This document shows positions 52,704-62,733 of a DNA stretch of 64,000 nucleotides, piece by piece. The notes under the pieces were generated by a model that worked only from the letters and a program-made list of their open reading frames with translations, did not search any database and was not told the DNA's origin. The translations under genes were made by a program, and so were the position numbers. This DNA is from an uncultured PS1 clade bacterium (GTDB taxonomy: Bacteria > Pseudomonadota > Gammaproteobacteria > PS1 > Pseudothioglobaceae), in assembly GCA_943846775.1 (NCBI GenBank), contig OX044368.1:283153-347152 (forward strand), written 5' to 3'. Each line of letters starts with the position of its first letter. The stretch's first letter is position 1.

Positions 52704-52733
52704 ACCACCTAAAAAACTATTTTTTAAGGTGGT
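52704..52733 (-). terminator. Intrinsic terminator after the TrpD-like gene
   Basis: accacct/aggtggt stem extended by A/T runs; T tract on the minus strand. Confidence 0.7.
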
Positions 52734-52758
52734 AATTACTGATAAATTAATCAATAAG

Positions 52759-53829
52759 TTACTGGAGTCGTGCTAATACTTTTTTCGAATCTAAAACAGC
52801 TCTAACCATATCTGCCGCTTCAGCCAAAGTTGTTGCTTTTTTAGTATGCCAAAGCACAAGTGAAGCGCTCAATACCAAGCCATCATAAAACATACCTTGC
52901 TCTCCAGCCAACGCTGCCTTGCCTAATTTCACCGTATATTTTGCCAAAGCTGGAATATCGCTGTGGACATCCATCTCAGCTGGAAATGAAATCGCACGCA
53001 TATCTTGCTCAATACCCAATGAAGCTGGCTCAATATCTACTCGATTTTGCTCAACATTTCCTGCATATGAAACCATGAGTCCTTTTTGTCGCAAAGACGG
53101 AATCACGCCGCCTTCCACACCGCGCACTAAAAGTGCGCTATCCATGCCGGAAGATTTGACTAGCTCTGCATAGATTGGCGGATAAGGCTTATGCACATAG
53201 CCCAATATCGAATGAGTTTTCTTGCCGCGCAATGGACCGATTAAAGTTTCTACCGTATTAACAACAGTGCGTTTAATGACTCGATTACGCAGTTCAACTA
53301 AATCATGTAAACCGCGACAATAACTCGCTTGATCAATATAGGACCAACCAATACTTGGGTTTTCCAATCGGGCTTTGGCTTCTGCGGTGGAATGATCAAC
53401 ATCTAAACCTAAAGCTTCAACAATATGTCGGTGTGTGAGTCCAAATTTAGGACTAACACTATCTAAACCATGGATAACACAAGGCAAGCCTAACTCGGCT
53501 AACACAGGAGGCAAAAAAGACGAAATAGGAATTGAGCGATTATAACCACTATAAGGATCGCCTAAATCGACTAACTCATCAACATCAACAAACTGCTTGT
53601 CACTCTGAGCTAAAATACCCGCTAGAATACCCGTGTTTTCATCCATTGTTTCGCGCTTCATACGTAAGGCGATTAAAAAAATAGCTGATTGAACATCATC
53701 AATTTCACCGCGCAAAATAGCTTGCATGCCATCTCTAGCTTCCTCAAAGTCAATATTTTTACTCAAGTCTGGACCAGTGGCCACACGCTGAATAATAGAT
53801 TTCATTAATGCTTGCGAGTCGATACTCAT
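52759..53829 (-). CDS. Anthranilate phosphoribosyltransferase-like (glycosyl transferase family 3, TrpD2/YbiB-like) protein
   Basis: N-terminal helical domain FLIALRMKRET..E; lacks the TrpD GTGGD PRPP loop (DLGDPYSG instead). Confidence 0.75.
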   Translation of the reverse strand: MSIDSQALMKSIIQRVATGPDLSKNIDFEEARDGMQAILRGEIDDVQSAIFLIALRMKRETMDENTGILAGILAQSDKQFVDVDELVDLGDPYSGYNRSIPISSFLPPVLAELGLPCVIHGLDSVSPKFGLTHRHIVEALGLDVDHSTAEAKARLENPSIGWSYIDQASYCRGLHDLVELRNRVIKRTVVNTVETLIGPLRGKKTHSILGYVHKPYPPIYAELVKSSGMDSALLVRGVEGGVIPSLRQKGLMVSYAGNVEQNRVDIEPASLGIEQDMRAISFPAEMDVHSDIPALAKYTVKLGKAALAGEQGMFYDGLVLSASLVLWHTKKATTLAEAADMVRAVLDSKKVLARLQ

Positions 53830-53831
53830 GA

Positions 53832-54134
53832 TTAAACCTCGATATAAATTTCGTTATTCTCTTGTTTGACAGGATAAATATGCATATTATCCACATCTTC
53901 TTCTGAACTATCGCCAGTAGCCAAGTCAAAACTATAGCCATGTAAAGAGCATTTTACTCGATTACCCTTTAGACAACCTAGTGTTAACTCGATATCCTCA
54001 TGAGGACAACGATTCTCAGCACAATACAAATGACCATTATTTAAGGTAACAAATAATTTTTGACCTTTAACTTCCACTTCGACCATCGTGCCCTCTTTAG
54101 GAGGGCTATTAAGAACCTTGTACCAATGAGACAT
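53832..54134 (-). CDS. Rieske [2Fe-2S] ferredoxin
   Basis: NRCPH and KCSLHG ligands; start MSHWY via TAATG overlap. Confidence 0.88.
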   Translation of the reverse strand: MSHWYKVLNSPPKEGTMVEVEVKGQKLFVTLNNGHLYCAENRCPHEDIELTLGCLKGNRVKCSLHGYSFDLATGDSSEEDVDNMHIYPVKQENNEIYIEV

Positions 54135-54739
54135 TAAAATAAACTCCAAATACTATTACTATTTAACTCAGATTCACATTGCTGAAGTTGACGCTGATAA
54201 CGCTGTGCATTATCTTCAACCTTGCGCGCTACTTTTTTCAACCAAGGCTTCTTATTGTAAGATTGCCTTTGAAACCCACCATGACCTTCATGATAAGCCA
54301 AGTACTGATTGTAAGCATCAGATTTAGCAATACCCGCTAATTTTGCAGACTGATTAACATACCAGCCAACGAAATCTGCTGCATCATCAAAATCATCACG
54401 ATCTGCACTATGATTGCCTGTTTTTAACTGATACCATTCCCATGTTTCATCTTTAGCTTGAGCAAAGCCATAAGCCGTTGTTGGTCTAAACCACGGCACT
54501 ACACCAAAGAGTTTTTCTCTAGGCGGTTTAGCGTCTGAGGCAAAATGAGACTCTTGATACATAATGGCTAAAGACACATGTGCTGGTGCTCCATATTTTT
54601 TTTCAGCGGCTTTAACAGAACGATACCAGCTCACTTCTTCATCCATTAATGTACAGATGTTATTAACAGTCACTGCAGGTGTTGAAAAACACCCACTTAA
54701 AGCAAGTGACAAGAATGCTAATAATAAAATTTTGCTCAT
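54134..54739 (-). CDS. Lipoprotein with lytic transglycosylase (SLT-like) domain
   Basis: Lipobox LSGC; AIMYQES.F, AYGFAQA...TW, QYLAYHEG..G. Confidence 0.8.
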   Translation of the reverse strand: MSKILLLAFLSLALSGCFSTPAVTVNNICTLMDEEVSWYRSVKAAEKKYGAPAHVSLAIMYQESHFASDAKPPREKLFGVVPWFRPTTAYGFAQAKDETWEWYQLKTGNHSADRDDFDDAADFVGWYVNQSAKLAGIAKSDAYNQYLAYHEGHGGFQRQSYNKKPWLKKVARKVEDNAQRYQRQLQQCESELNSNSIWSLF

Positions 54740-55084
54740 TTAGCCTGCAACAGTGGTAAAAAATACTTTATAAATAACCGCAGCTTGAGCGATAAACAAG
54801 ATAGCTAATGCCGCTTTAATTGTTCCGTTAGATAAGCCTGAAGAGGTCTTTGACGATTTTCCAAAATTAGACATTTTAGCGCCATCTTCAAGCTCAACAT
54901 TGGTGGCTACTAAGCCTTTTTCAGACTCCTCAAAACCAAACACAACTCTTGTGCCTGCCTTTAGACGAGACTTATTAAAGATATTTTTTTGATGAACAAA
55001 ATATTTCTCATCATCATCACCTGTAATAAATCCATATCCTTTAGTACCAAACTGTGCGACAACGCCTTTTATTTTTTTAGCCAT
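54740..55084 (-). CDS. Cold-shock domain protein with C-terminal hydrophobic helix
   Basis: KGYGFI (RNP1), YFVH (RNP2), KGLVATNV; tail AALAILFIAQAAVIY. Confidence 0.8.
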   Translation of the reverse strand: MAKKIKGVVAQFGTKGYGFITGDDDEKYFVHQKNIFNKSRLKAGTRVVFGFEESEKGLVATNVELEDGAKMSNFGKSSKTSSGLSNGTIKAALAILFIAQAAVIYKVFFTTVAG

Positions 55085-55093
55085 TTTTTCCTC

Positions 55094-55744
55094 TTAATAT
55101 TTACGCAAACAATATGTTGCTTTTTCAATAAAATCAACGTTCTCACGCTGAAACTTAGGCTCATTTTCTATGTCATTAAAACATTGCAATAGTTGACACT
55201 CGAACCCATCTTTGTATAGTGACAGCACTTCATCCTTATTAACTGCATAAGGCGGGCCACTGATTTGTGCTTGCGGATAATTTAGTGTTAATAACAACAT
55301 CCGACAATCGCTAGATATTATAGCGTATAAATGTTGTGCATATTTGACCCTTAACCCCATAGGTAATGCGATTAAAGCCGCCCTATCATAAACAGCTACA
55401 ACACCGCTGAGTTGGTGCTTAGACAATTCAAAGAAATCTCCAATATAAAGACAAATATTGTCAGCGCTATAAACCTTAAAACAACCTTCTTGATGCTTTT
55501 GATAAGTCAATTGATTGTCAGCAAAAAACTGCTCAGCTGCTAAAGCGCTTAGCTCCACAGCAATCACTTGATACCCCTGCTCCATCAAATAAAGCATATC
55601 CTTGCTTTTGCCACACAAAGGTACAAAAACCTTATCGCCAGGGTTTAATTCAAGGCAATCAATAAATTCAATCAATTTAGTATTTGGAAAATCTCGATGC
55701 CAGCCAATTTTATTCTCTTGCCAACGTTGTATCCAATCAGTCAT
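55094..55744 (-). CDS. tpm: Thiopurine S-methyltransferase
   Basis: W..RW....IGWH, VFVPLCGKS.DM, GDFF, YDRAALIALP, GPPY.V; AAGGA RBS. Confidence 0.92.
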   Translation of the reverse strand: MTDWIQRWQENKIGWHRDFPNTKLIEFIDCLELNPGDKVFVPLCGKSKDMLYLMEQGYQVIAVELSALAAEQFFADNQLTYQKHQEGCFKVYSADNICLYIGDFFELSKHQLSGVVAVYDRAALIALPMGLRVKYAQHLYAIISSDCRMLLLTLNYPQAQISGPPYAVNKDEVLSLYKDGFECQLLQCFNDIENEPKFQRENVDFIEKATYCLRKY

Positions 55745-55771
55745 CCGCATCCTTAAGATATAATATTCAGC

Positions 55772-56272
55772 ATGAAAATAAAACGACCAAATCGAAAAAC
55801 CCTCATGCAATTTATGATGGTTATTTTAGCCATTTTTATTATCCGTGCCTATCAACAGCAAGATTTAACTATTGGCTTAGTGCCAAGCTTTAGTTCACAA
55901 ACACTGAGTGGCGAAGTCATGAGCTCCAACCCACTGCCAGACCAAGGGATATTAATTCACTTTTGGGCAACTTGGTGTCCTGTGTGCAACCTAGAAAATG
56001 ACAACATTCAGGCTATTTCAAAAGACTATAAAGTGCTGAATATTGCTATTCAGTCAGGCAGTGATTTAGAGATTCAAGCGCATGCTAAAGAAAACAATAT
56101 GCGACTCGACAATATTATTAACGACCAATCTGGATCGATTGCCAGGCTATTTGGCGTTAAAGGCACACCTAGTAGCTTTTTTGTAAACACCAAAGGTAGA
56201 ATTCAGTTTGTTGAAGTGGGCTATGTCACGACACTAGGCTATCGTTTAAGGCTATGGTGGGCAGGCCTCTAA
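55772..56272 (+). CDS. Membrane-anchored TlpA-like thiol-disulfide oxidoreductase
   Basis: N-terminal TM, HFWATWCPVC, GVKGTPS. Confidence 0.82.
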   Translation: MKIKRPNRKTLMQFMMVILAIFIIRAYQQQDLTIGLVPSFSSQTLSGEVMSSNPLPDQGILIHFWATWCPVCNLENDNIQAISKDYKVLNIAIQSGSDLEIQAHAKENNMRLDNIINDQSGSIARLFGVKGTPSSFFVNTKGRIQFVEVGYVTTLGYRLRLWWAGL

Positions 56273-56922
56273 CTAACGACTGGTCTAAACATCTAGACCC
56301 TTTGTTTAAACGAGATTCTTTTCAAAGACTTGAGGAATTTTTACAATATCAAAAAGATAAAAAAATCAGTATTTTTCCACCTGAGGCGCAAATTTTTAAA
56401 GCCTTTGAGCTTAGTAGTTTTGCCAAAACTCAGGTAGTCATCCTTGGACAAGACCCTTATCATAATGAAGCTCAAGCGCATGGGCTGAGTTTTTCAGTGC
56501 CCGATGGGGTCAAAATCCCGCCTTCACTGGCCAATATATACAAAGAGTTAGAATTAGATTTGCACATTACGCCTAATATCAATGGCAACTTAGAACGCTG
56601 GGCATCTCAAGGAGTCTTATTGCTTAATAGCGCACTCACTGTTGAAAAAAACTCACCAGCATCTCACAGTAAAACCCCATGGGTTGACTTTACCGAAGCT
56701 GTTATTGCCGAGCTGAGTGAGCACAAACACAATTTGGTTTTTTTGCTTTGGGGTACGCACGCACAACAAAAATCTGAATTAATAGATGCTAGCAAACATC
56801 TAATCTTAACAGCCTCGCACCCTTCTCCTTTTTCAGCGTACAAAGGATTTTTTGGCTGCAAACATTTTTCTAAGACAAACGAGTACCTTAAAATGCATCA
56901 TTTACAACAAATTAACTGGTAA
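56254..56922 (+). CDS. ung: Uracil-DNA glycosylase
   Basis: [26 protein letters not shown]. Confidence 0.96.
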   Translation: MVGRPLTNDWSKHLDPLFKRDSFQRLEEFLQYQKDKKISIFPPEAQIFKAFELSSFAKTQVVILGQDPYHNEAQAHGLSFSVPDGVKIPPSLANIYKELELDLHITPNINGNLERWASQGVLLLNSALTVEKNSPASHSKTPWVDFTEAVIAELSEHKHNLVFLLWGTHAQQKSELIDASKHLILTASHPSPFSAYKGFFGCKHFSKTNEYLKMHHLQQINW

Positions 56923-56924
56923 TC

Positions 56925-57965
56925 ATGAAACTAATTATTGATGACGCTTGCTACGCCTATGAAACCATATTCTCTCAATTTGGAGAGATTGTCGCTATGG
57001 CTGGGCGTGATATTAACGCCAAATCTGTCAAAGATGGTGACATACTTATTGTGCGTTCGCGTACTCAAGTTAATGAGCAATTACTCAAAGGCAGTTCGAT
57101 CAAATTTGTCGGCTCAACCGTGGCAGGACTTGACCATGTCGATCAAGACTATCTAAAAAATAATAATATTGAATTTTTCTCAGCTCAAGGCTGCAACTCA
57201 ATGGCAGTAGCTGAATTTGTTATTAGCACTATTTTAAATTTAGCTGACAAGCATCAGTTTAATCATCAGCAAAAAACTTTGGGAATTATTGGTGTGGGCA
57301 ATGTAGGCTCACGCCTAGCCGCTAAAGCAGAACTGTTAGGCATTAAAACCTTACTTAACGACCCAATTAGACAGCAAAATGAAAATTTGCCAAATTTTGT
57401 TGATTTAGATACTGCACTCAGCGCTGATATTGTTACCTTTCACACACCTTTGACATTTGACGGCGAATTTCCGAGCTTCAAACTACTAAATCAGACGAAT
57501 TTTCATCATATTAGTGAAAAAACCATCCTTTTTAATGCGGCACGCGGCGGAGTGATTGATGAAAAAATTTGGGAAAAAACGAAAACGCTTGAAAATGTGA
57601 TTGATTGTTGGGAAAATGAACCAAACATTAACCAAAATTTACAAAAAACGGCGTATTTAGCCTCACCTCACATCGCTGGACACTCTGTTGATGCCAAATT
57701 TATGGGAAGTTTTATGGTTTATGAGGCTTTATGTAAATTTTTAAATGAAAATCAGCAAGAAAATATCAAAAATTTGATAAATCCTGGGATTTTGACGCTA
57801 AAAAGTGATAATTTACTTGACGCCCTTAACGAGATTTACGATTTCAAACAAGACACGCTAGCTATTAAAAAAATTGAAAATTTTGAATATTACCGTCGAA
57901 ACTACCCAATTCGCTATGAATGGCCCCATTACAAAAGCATGGTTAAGCTACCTATTGTGAATTAA
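56925..57965 (+). CDS. pdxB: Erythronate-4-phosphate dehydrogenase
   Basis: VRSRT.V...[32 protein letters not shown]. Confidence 0.88.
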   Translation: MKLIIDDACYAYETIFSQFGEIVAMAGRDINAKSVKDGDILIVRSRTQVNEQLLKGSSIKFVGSTVAGLDHVDQDYLKNNNIEFFSAQGCNSMAVAEFVISTILNLADKHQFNHQQKTLGIIGVGNVGSRLAAKAELLGIKTLLNDPIRQQNENLPNFVDLDTALSADIVTFHTPLTFDGEFPSFKLLNQTNFHHISEKTILFNAARGGVIDEKIWEKTKTLENVIDCWENEPNINQNLQKTAYLASPHIAGHSVDAKFMGSFMVYEALCKFLNENQQENIKNLINPGILTLKSDNLLDALNEIYDFKQDTLAIKKIENFEYYRRNYPIRYEWPHYKSMVKLPIVN

Positions 57966-58754
57966 TTTTTTTGCATAGAGTGAATATAAGGGTAAGCCAG
58001 TTAATAACAAACCACCAACAAGATTACCGAGTAAAACAGGTATTTCATTCCAAATAAAGAATTCTGTCAATGAAAAGTCAGCGCCCATTGCAATTGCCAT
58101 TGGAAATAAAAACATATTAACTATTGCGTGCTCAAAGCCCAAATAAAAAAACAACATAATTGGCATCCACATTGCGATCGCTTTGCCGCCAACTGATTTT
58201 GATACTTTCGAGCCAACCACTCCCATTGATACCATCCAGTTGCATAATACGCCAGCTATAAAAACTGTTAACCATCCAAACAAGCCATATTGGGCATAGC
58301 CTAACGTTCTGGACTCTCCGATGCTAGCAATTTTTAACCCAATACTGTTAGGCTCTATAGAGTAGCCATAAGTCATAAAAAAACTAAAGGCAAATACAAC
58401 ACTCAGCGCCCCTAAGAAATTACCAATAAATACCCAAAGCCAGTTTTTAAAAATTTTATTGATTGAAACACCTTTTCTATGATTTAGCAAAGCAAGTGGT
58501 GCTGTAACGAACATACCTGTTAACAAGTCTAAACCTAAAAGATTCAACATAATAAAACCGACTGGAAATAATACTGCGCCTAATAATACTGAACCCGTAT
58601 TCACTGAAACGGAAATTGCAAAAGCAGCAGCAAGGGCTAGAATTGCACCTGCAAAATACGAGCTAATTAATGTTTGTTTAGCTGACAGTGAAATTTTAGA
58701 TTCGCCAAGATCAATAATATCTTTAACAAATTCTTTTGGGCTTAAATAAGACAT
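57948..58754 (-). CDS. Formate/nitrite transporter (FNT) family channel
   Basis: [36 protein letters not shown]. Confidence 0.9.
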   Translation of the reverse strand: MSYLSPKEFVKDIIDLGESKISLSAKQTLISSYFAGAILALAAAFAISVSVNTGSVLLGAVLFPVGFIMLNLLGLDLLTGMFVTAPLALLNHRKGVSINKIFKNWLWVFIGNFLGALSVVFAFSFFMTYGYSIEPNSIGLKIASIGESRTLGYAQYGLFGWLTVFIAGVLCNWMVSMGVVGSKVSKSVGGKAIAMWMPIMLFFYLGFEHAIVNMFLFPMAIAMGADFSLTEFFIWNEIPVLLGNLVGGLLLTGLPLYSLYAKKLIHNR

Positions 58755-59006
58755 AAGTCATTTAATTTTATAACATACCGTATAAGCTAGTTTAATTAAT
58801 ATTGACACTGGAATCAGGGTAATACATCACTGAGCATAATCAAGAAAATAGCCCTTGAGTACCTATCAAAAAAATTGAAGAGTATTATTTACTTGTTAAG
58901 TAATACTTTAATATTTAAGTATATTTTTTAAAAAAACAAAGTATCAAGCAATTAAAGCGGGAATTTTATATAAAGATAAGTTGGAAATCGGACAGATAAA
59001 TCCAAT

Positions 59007-59609
59007 TTATAAAATTGACTGAATTCCTTCAAATAATAAAAATAGACTAAATCCGCTTAATAACAAGAAAATTAAATATGAAAAATTGTTTTTTAATATT
59101 ATTTGGCCTATTTTGCCAATCATTACATAAAAGAAAAACATTACGCTAGAGATGATAAACATTGTTAACGCATAAACACCTGCGTTTGTTAGCAAACCTA
59201 AGTTTAACTGATTGGCAATCAATGCGCCTGAAGGAAACAATATCCATATTTTAGGAGACAAAAGCATAATCAATGACAAATTAGAAAAGCTTAGCTGTAT
59301 AGAGGATTCTGCTTGATGCGATTTAAGTGTTTGTATGGCCAAATAAAAAATATACCCACCGCCTAAAAAGTAAAAAATAAAACCAATTTCTCCAAACAAT
59401 CTTATAACTGTATCAATAAAAACCACGCTGAAAAATGCTTGTGGAAATTGTACGATGAGATTGACCGTTAGAAATATACTGAAAAAAACTAATATTTGAT
59501 GATAATTTTTTTTTGCAGTGGCAGCCATAACGGCTAGCCAAACTGGCCCAGGAGTAATATAAAAAATAAACCAAAAAAACAAAACTTTATTAAAAATTGC
59601 AATATCCAT
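59007..59609 (-). CDS. LysE-superfamily-like membrane exporter
   Basis: ITPGP near the N-terminus, GG.Y..YLA, SPK.W; about 6 TM; GAGGAG RBS. Confidence 0.55.
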   Translation of the reverse strand: MDIAIFNKVLFFWFIFYITPGPVWLAVMAATAKKNYHQILVFFSIFLTVNLIVQFPQAFFSVVFIDTVIRLFGEIGFIFYFLGGGYIFYLAIQTLKSHQAESSIQLSFSNLSLIMLLSPKIWILFPSGALIANQLNLGLLTNAGVYALTMFIISSVMFFFYVMIGKIGQIILKNNFSYLIFLLLSGFSLFLLFEGIQSIL

Positions 59610-59641
59610 TATTAGCAACTCCTCAAGCAAGAGGCTTACTA

Positions 59642-60520
59642 CTAACCACTAATTAGATTTGCCAATCGTTGTCGATATGCACTGCTTTCTTCTGGATTGG
59701 TATTAGCCAACATATTACACATCATGCCGATCATTTCCCTAGGTGCGCCCTCTTTAAAATTTGATTCATTCTCTTGAATAAAGAACAGCATCTCCATTCC
59801 CTCTTCAATATCATGCTGTGCAAACAAACAAATCGCCAAATCAAAGCGCACTTGATAATCATTGGGAAAATTTTGCATTTGCGTCCTTAGCACGTTTATT
59901 CCTGAGGTATTTTGAGCTAATTTTATAAAATTAAGTTGGCTTGCAATAGACAAGCCTAAATCCTTAGCTTTAATCGATTCAGGAAGCTTATCAAATAAAG
60001 CCTTAGCTTGATCTACTTCATTAATATCTAAGAAAATTTGCACCATATCTAGCGCAATACGTGCATTACTTGGATCAGATGAGATGGCCTGTGTTAATAA
60101 CATAATCGCTGACTGAGTATCGCCCGCCATATGCTTGACTCTAGCTTGATCACGTAAATCATCAGATGCTCGAAAAACACCATAATGCTTTAGCAAAATA
60201 CGCAACTCCTCTTGTCGCAACTCTCCTTGTTCACGCTGAACCTCTTGTCCATCTTTAAATACAGCTAATGTAGGAATATTTGTGATTGAGAATTTCTTTT
60301 TTAATTCTTCTTGTTCATCGATATCAACCTTTGCAAAAACAAAACCACCAGGAAACTCTTTAGCCAAGTCTGATAAAGCATATTCAGTTTTAATACACGG
60401 CTCAGACCAAATTCCCATAAACTCAACCAAAACAGGTAGGTGAGACGAATTATGCACAACAAGATCTTCAAAATTGTTTTGACTAACTTCAAATATTAGA
60501 GGTTTATTTTCATCACTCAT
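59642..60520 (-). CDS. CnoX/YbbN-like chaperedoxin (Trx domain with SxxC plus TPRs)
   Basis: PVLVEF..WSEPC, AKVDIDEQ, IPT; C-terminal helical repeats; YRQRL at the end. Confidence 0.8.
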   Translation of the reverse strand: MSDENKPLIFEVSQNNFEDLVVHNSSHLPVLVEFMGIWSEPCIKTEYALSDLAKEFPGGFVFAKVDIDEQEELKKKFSITNIPTLAVFKDGQEVQREQGELRQEELRILLKHYGVFRASDDLRDQARVKHMAGDTQSAIMLLTQAISSDPSNARIALDMVQIFLDINEVDQAKALFDKLPESIKAKDLGLSIASQLNFIKLAQNTSGINVLRTQMQNFPNDYQVRFDLAICLFAQHDIEEGMEMLFFIQENESNFKEGAPREMIGMMCNMLANTNPEESSAYRQRLANLISG

Positions 60521-60760
60521 GAGATCTTCCTTTTTTTAATAGGGGTTAAATAATTAGTAATTAGTTACCATATTTCTTAAACTTTCTTTGCCCATGCTCA
60601 CAATCAATTTAATTTTTTTGCCTAATCAATATAGGTTCAAATTAAGGGCACTCAAGATTATAATTATCTCATAAACATCAATTATATAGCCATTCTTTCA
60701 TTAAAAAACTGTCATCGTGAAACAGTCCGAATATAATGTAAAATAATTTTAATTAAATGA

Positions 60761-60775
60761 ATAATAATTTCTTAT
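60761..60775. promoter_or_regulatory. LysR-type T-N11-A box (ATAA-N7-TTAT)
   Basis: ATAATAATTTCTTAT ends 1 nt before the regulator ATG; AT-rich context lowers significance. Confidence 0.5.
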
Positions 60776-60776
60776 T

Positions 60777-61655
60777 ATGATTAATTACACTTTAAAACAA
60801 ATGTATAGCTATGAAGCTGTTATTCGACTGAAAAGCTTTACTAAAGCTAGCCAAGAGTTACACATCACTCAACCTGCTGTTTATATGCAAATTAAGCAAT
60901 TACAAGAAAGCCTTGGTTCAGAGCTCATTAGCATACAGGGAAAGGCTATTAGACCTACTTTTATTGGAAAAAAATTTTATCAAACTAGCCTTGATATAAT
61001 TGATAAATTAGAACAAAGTAAGGCAGAAATTGAACAAACACTTGACCCTGAAGCTGGCCACTTACAAATTGCCGTAGCCACAACTACCAACTCATTTGTT
61101 AGTCAAATTTTGGCAAAATTTAAAAAACAATATCCACGCATGTCTTTTTATTTAGATGTAACTAATCGAGAATCTTTACTTACAAAGCTCAGTAATAGTG
61201 AAGTGGACCTAATTATTATGGGTGAGCCACCGACAAACATGTCTTTGATTACGCAGCCTTTTATGGAAAACCCTTTAATTGCCATTGCCCATCCAGAACA
61301 CCCTCTGCTTAACAACAAAAACAATACTATTAGCGACTTAACTCATGAGACACTTATCACTAGAGAGCAAGGGTCAGGAACACGCATTACCATTGAAAGG
61401 ATTATTGGTATGCAGTTAAACTCGGATATTGAGATTAACTCTAATGAAGCTATCATCCAAGCTGTTCAAGCTGGATTGGGTATTGGGTTTGTATCAAAAC
61501 ACACAGTTAAATTAGAGCTCGAAAACAATGTTATCAAGCAACTTGATATTGATAAATTCCCTATTACCCGTCATTGGTATGTTGTGCATCATTCTAAAAA
61601 TAAACTTTCACCGATTGCCGAGCGCTTTAAAGAATTTATAGTTGCAAATAGTTAA
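60777..61655 (+). CDS. cbbR: LysR-family regulator, CbbR-like
   Basis: TLKQ, SFTKA..ELH.TQPAV.MQIKQL, V.NRE.LL..L, MGEPP, FMENPL, REQGSGTR, SNEAI.QAV.AGLG. Confidence 0.7.
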   Translation: MINYTLKQMYSYEAVIRLKSFTKASQELHITQPAVYMQIKQLQESLGSELISIQGKAIRPTFIGKKFYQTSLDIIDKLEQSKAEIEQTLDPEAGHLQIAVATTTNSFVSQILAKFKKQYPRMSFYLDVTNRESLLTKLSNSEVDLIIMGEPPTNMSLITQPFMENPLIAIAHPEHPLLNNKNNTISDLTHETLITREQGSGTRITIERIIGMQLNSDIEINSNEAIIQAVQAGLGIGFVSKHTVKLELENNVIKQLDIDKFPITRHWYVVHHSKNKLSPIAERFKEFIVANS

Positions 61656-61881
61656 ACAATTATTCTCTTAACTAATAATGCAAAAGCTACAAAAATAAAC
61701 ATGCTAAGCTTTTATTTCATGTTCTTTATAGATTCAATTTAAAAGTTTGTGTTATATTAAGGCCTTTAACTTTACAAAAGTAAAAACTTATAACTATCAC
61801 TGACATTAAAGCAAGCAATACTCGCAAAAAGCTTTCTGAGAAGAGTACGGCATTTATGTCAATATAGACAGCTGAAAAAAG

Positions 61882-62733
61882 TTAAGAAAACACAATAGTT
61901 TTGTTGTTACACACCAAGACTCGATCCTCTAAATGATATTGCAACCCTTTGGCTAAGGTAATTTTTTCTACATCTTGGCCCATTTTTTTCATATCATCGG
62001 CACTATCACCGTGATCAACACGAACCACATCTTGCTCAATAATTGGACCTTCATCCAGATTAGCTGTCACATAATGACAAGTTGCGCCAATAAGTTTAAC
62101 GCCACGTTCAGCAGCTCGCGCGTAAGGATTAGCGCCTACAAAGGAGGGTAAGAATGAATGATGAATATTAATAATATTGCCGCTATATTTAGCACACATT
62201 TCTTCAGGAATAATTTGCATATAGCGAGCTAGAACAATCACATCTGGATTAAATCTGTCAACTGCTTGCATCATCTCAGTCATATCAGCTTCTTTGGTTG
62301 CTTTAGCAATACTCACTTTTTCAAACGCCACGTCATACCAACTAGCGAGTTTTGATAGCTTATCATGGTTAGACAAAACACCAACAATTTGACCCTCAAG
62401 CTCGTCTTCATGACCGCGATGTAAAAGATCTGCTACACAATGTGAAGCATTTGACCCCATAATTAAAACACGCTTAAGTTGTGCTGCATCACTTAATCTC
62501 CAAACCATATTGCAACGCTCAGCCACAATCAAAAACGCCGCTCTAAACTCATCTAAAGAGCAAGAGATAGAATTTGACTCAATCTCAATGCGCATAAAAA
62601 AGTGTTGGTTTTGCTCATCCAAATGATGGTGCGCTTCTTTAATGTTACCATTGAATTCAAGAATAAATTGACTCACAATAGCCACTAGGCCATGTGTATC
62701 TGGGCAAGAAATTAACAGTCTATAAACACTCAT
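61882..62733 (-). CDS. purU: Formyltetrahydrofolate deformylase
   Basis: ACT domain SCPD..GLV, LARYMQI, INIHHSFLP, GVKLIGAT.HYVT. Confidence 0.96.
   Translation of the reverse strand: MSVYRLLISCPDTHGLVAIVSQFILEFNGNIKEAHHHLDEQNQHFFMRIEIESNSISCSLDEFRAAFLIVAERCNMVWRLSDAAQLKRVLIMGSNASHCVADLLHRGHEDELEGQIVGVLSNHDKLSKLASWYDVAFEKVSIAKATKEADMTEMMQAVDRFNPDVIVLARYMQIIPEEMCAKYSGNIINIHHSFLPSFVGANPYARAAERGVKLIGATCHYVTANLDEGPIIEQDVVRVDHGDSADDMKKMGQDVEKITLAKGLQYHLEDRVLVCNNKTIVFS

Noticed and set aside
58857-58871. TTGAG-N5-ATCAA upstream of the FNT gene as an FNR box
   Set aside because: Spacer is 5 nt rather than 4 and one arm mismatches
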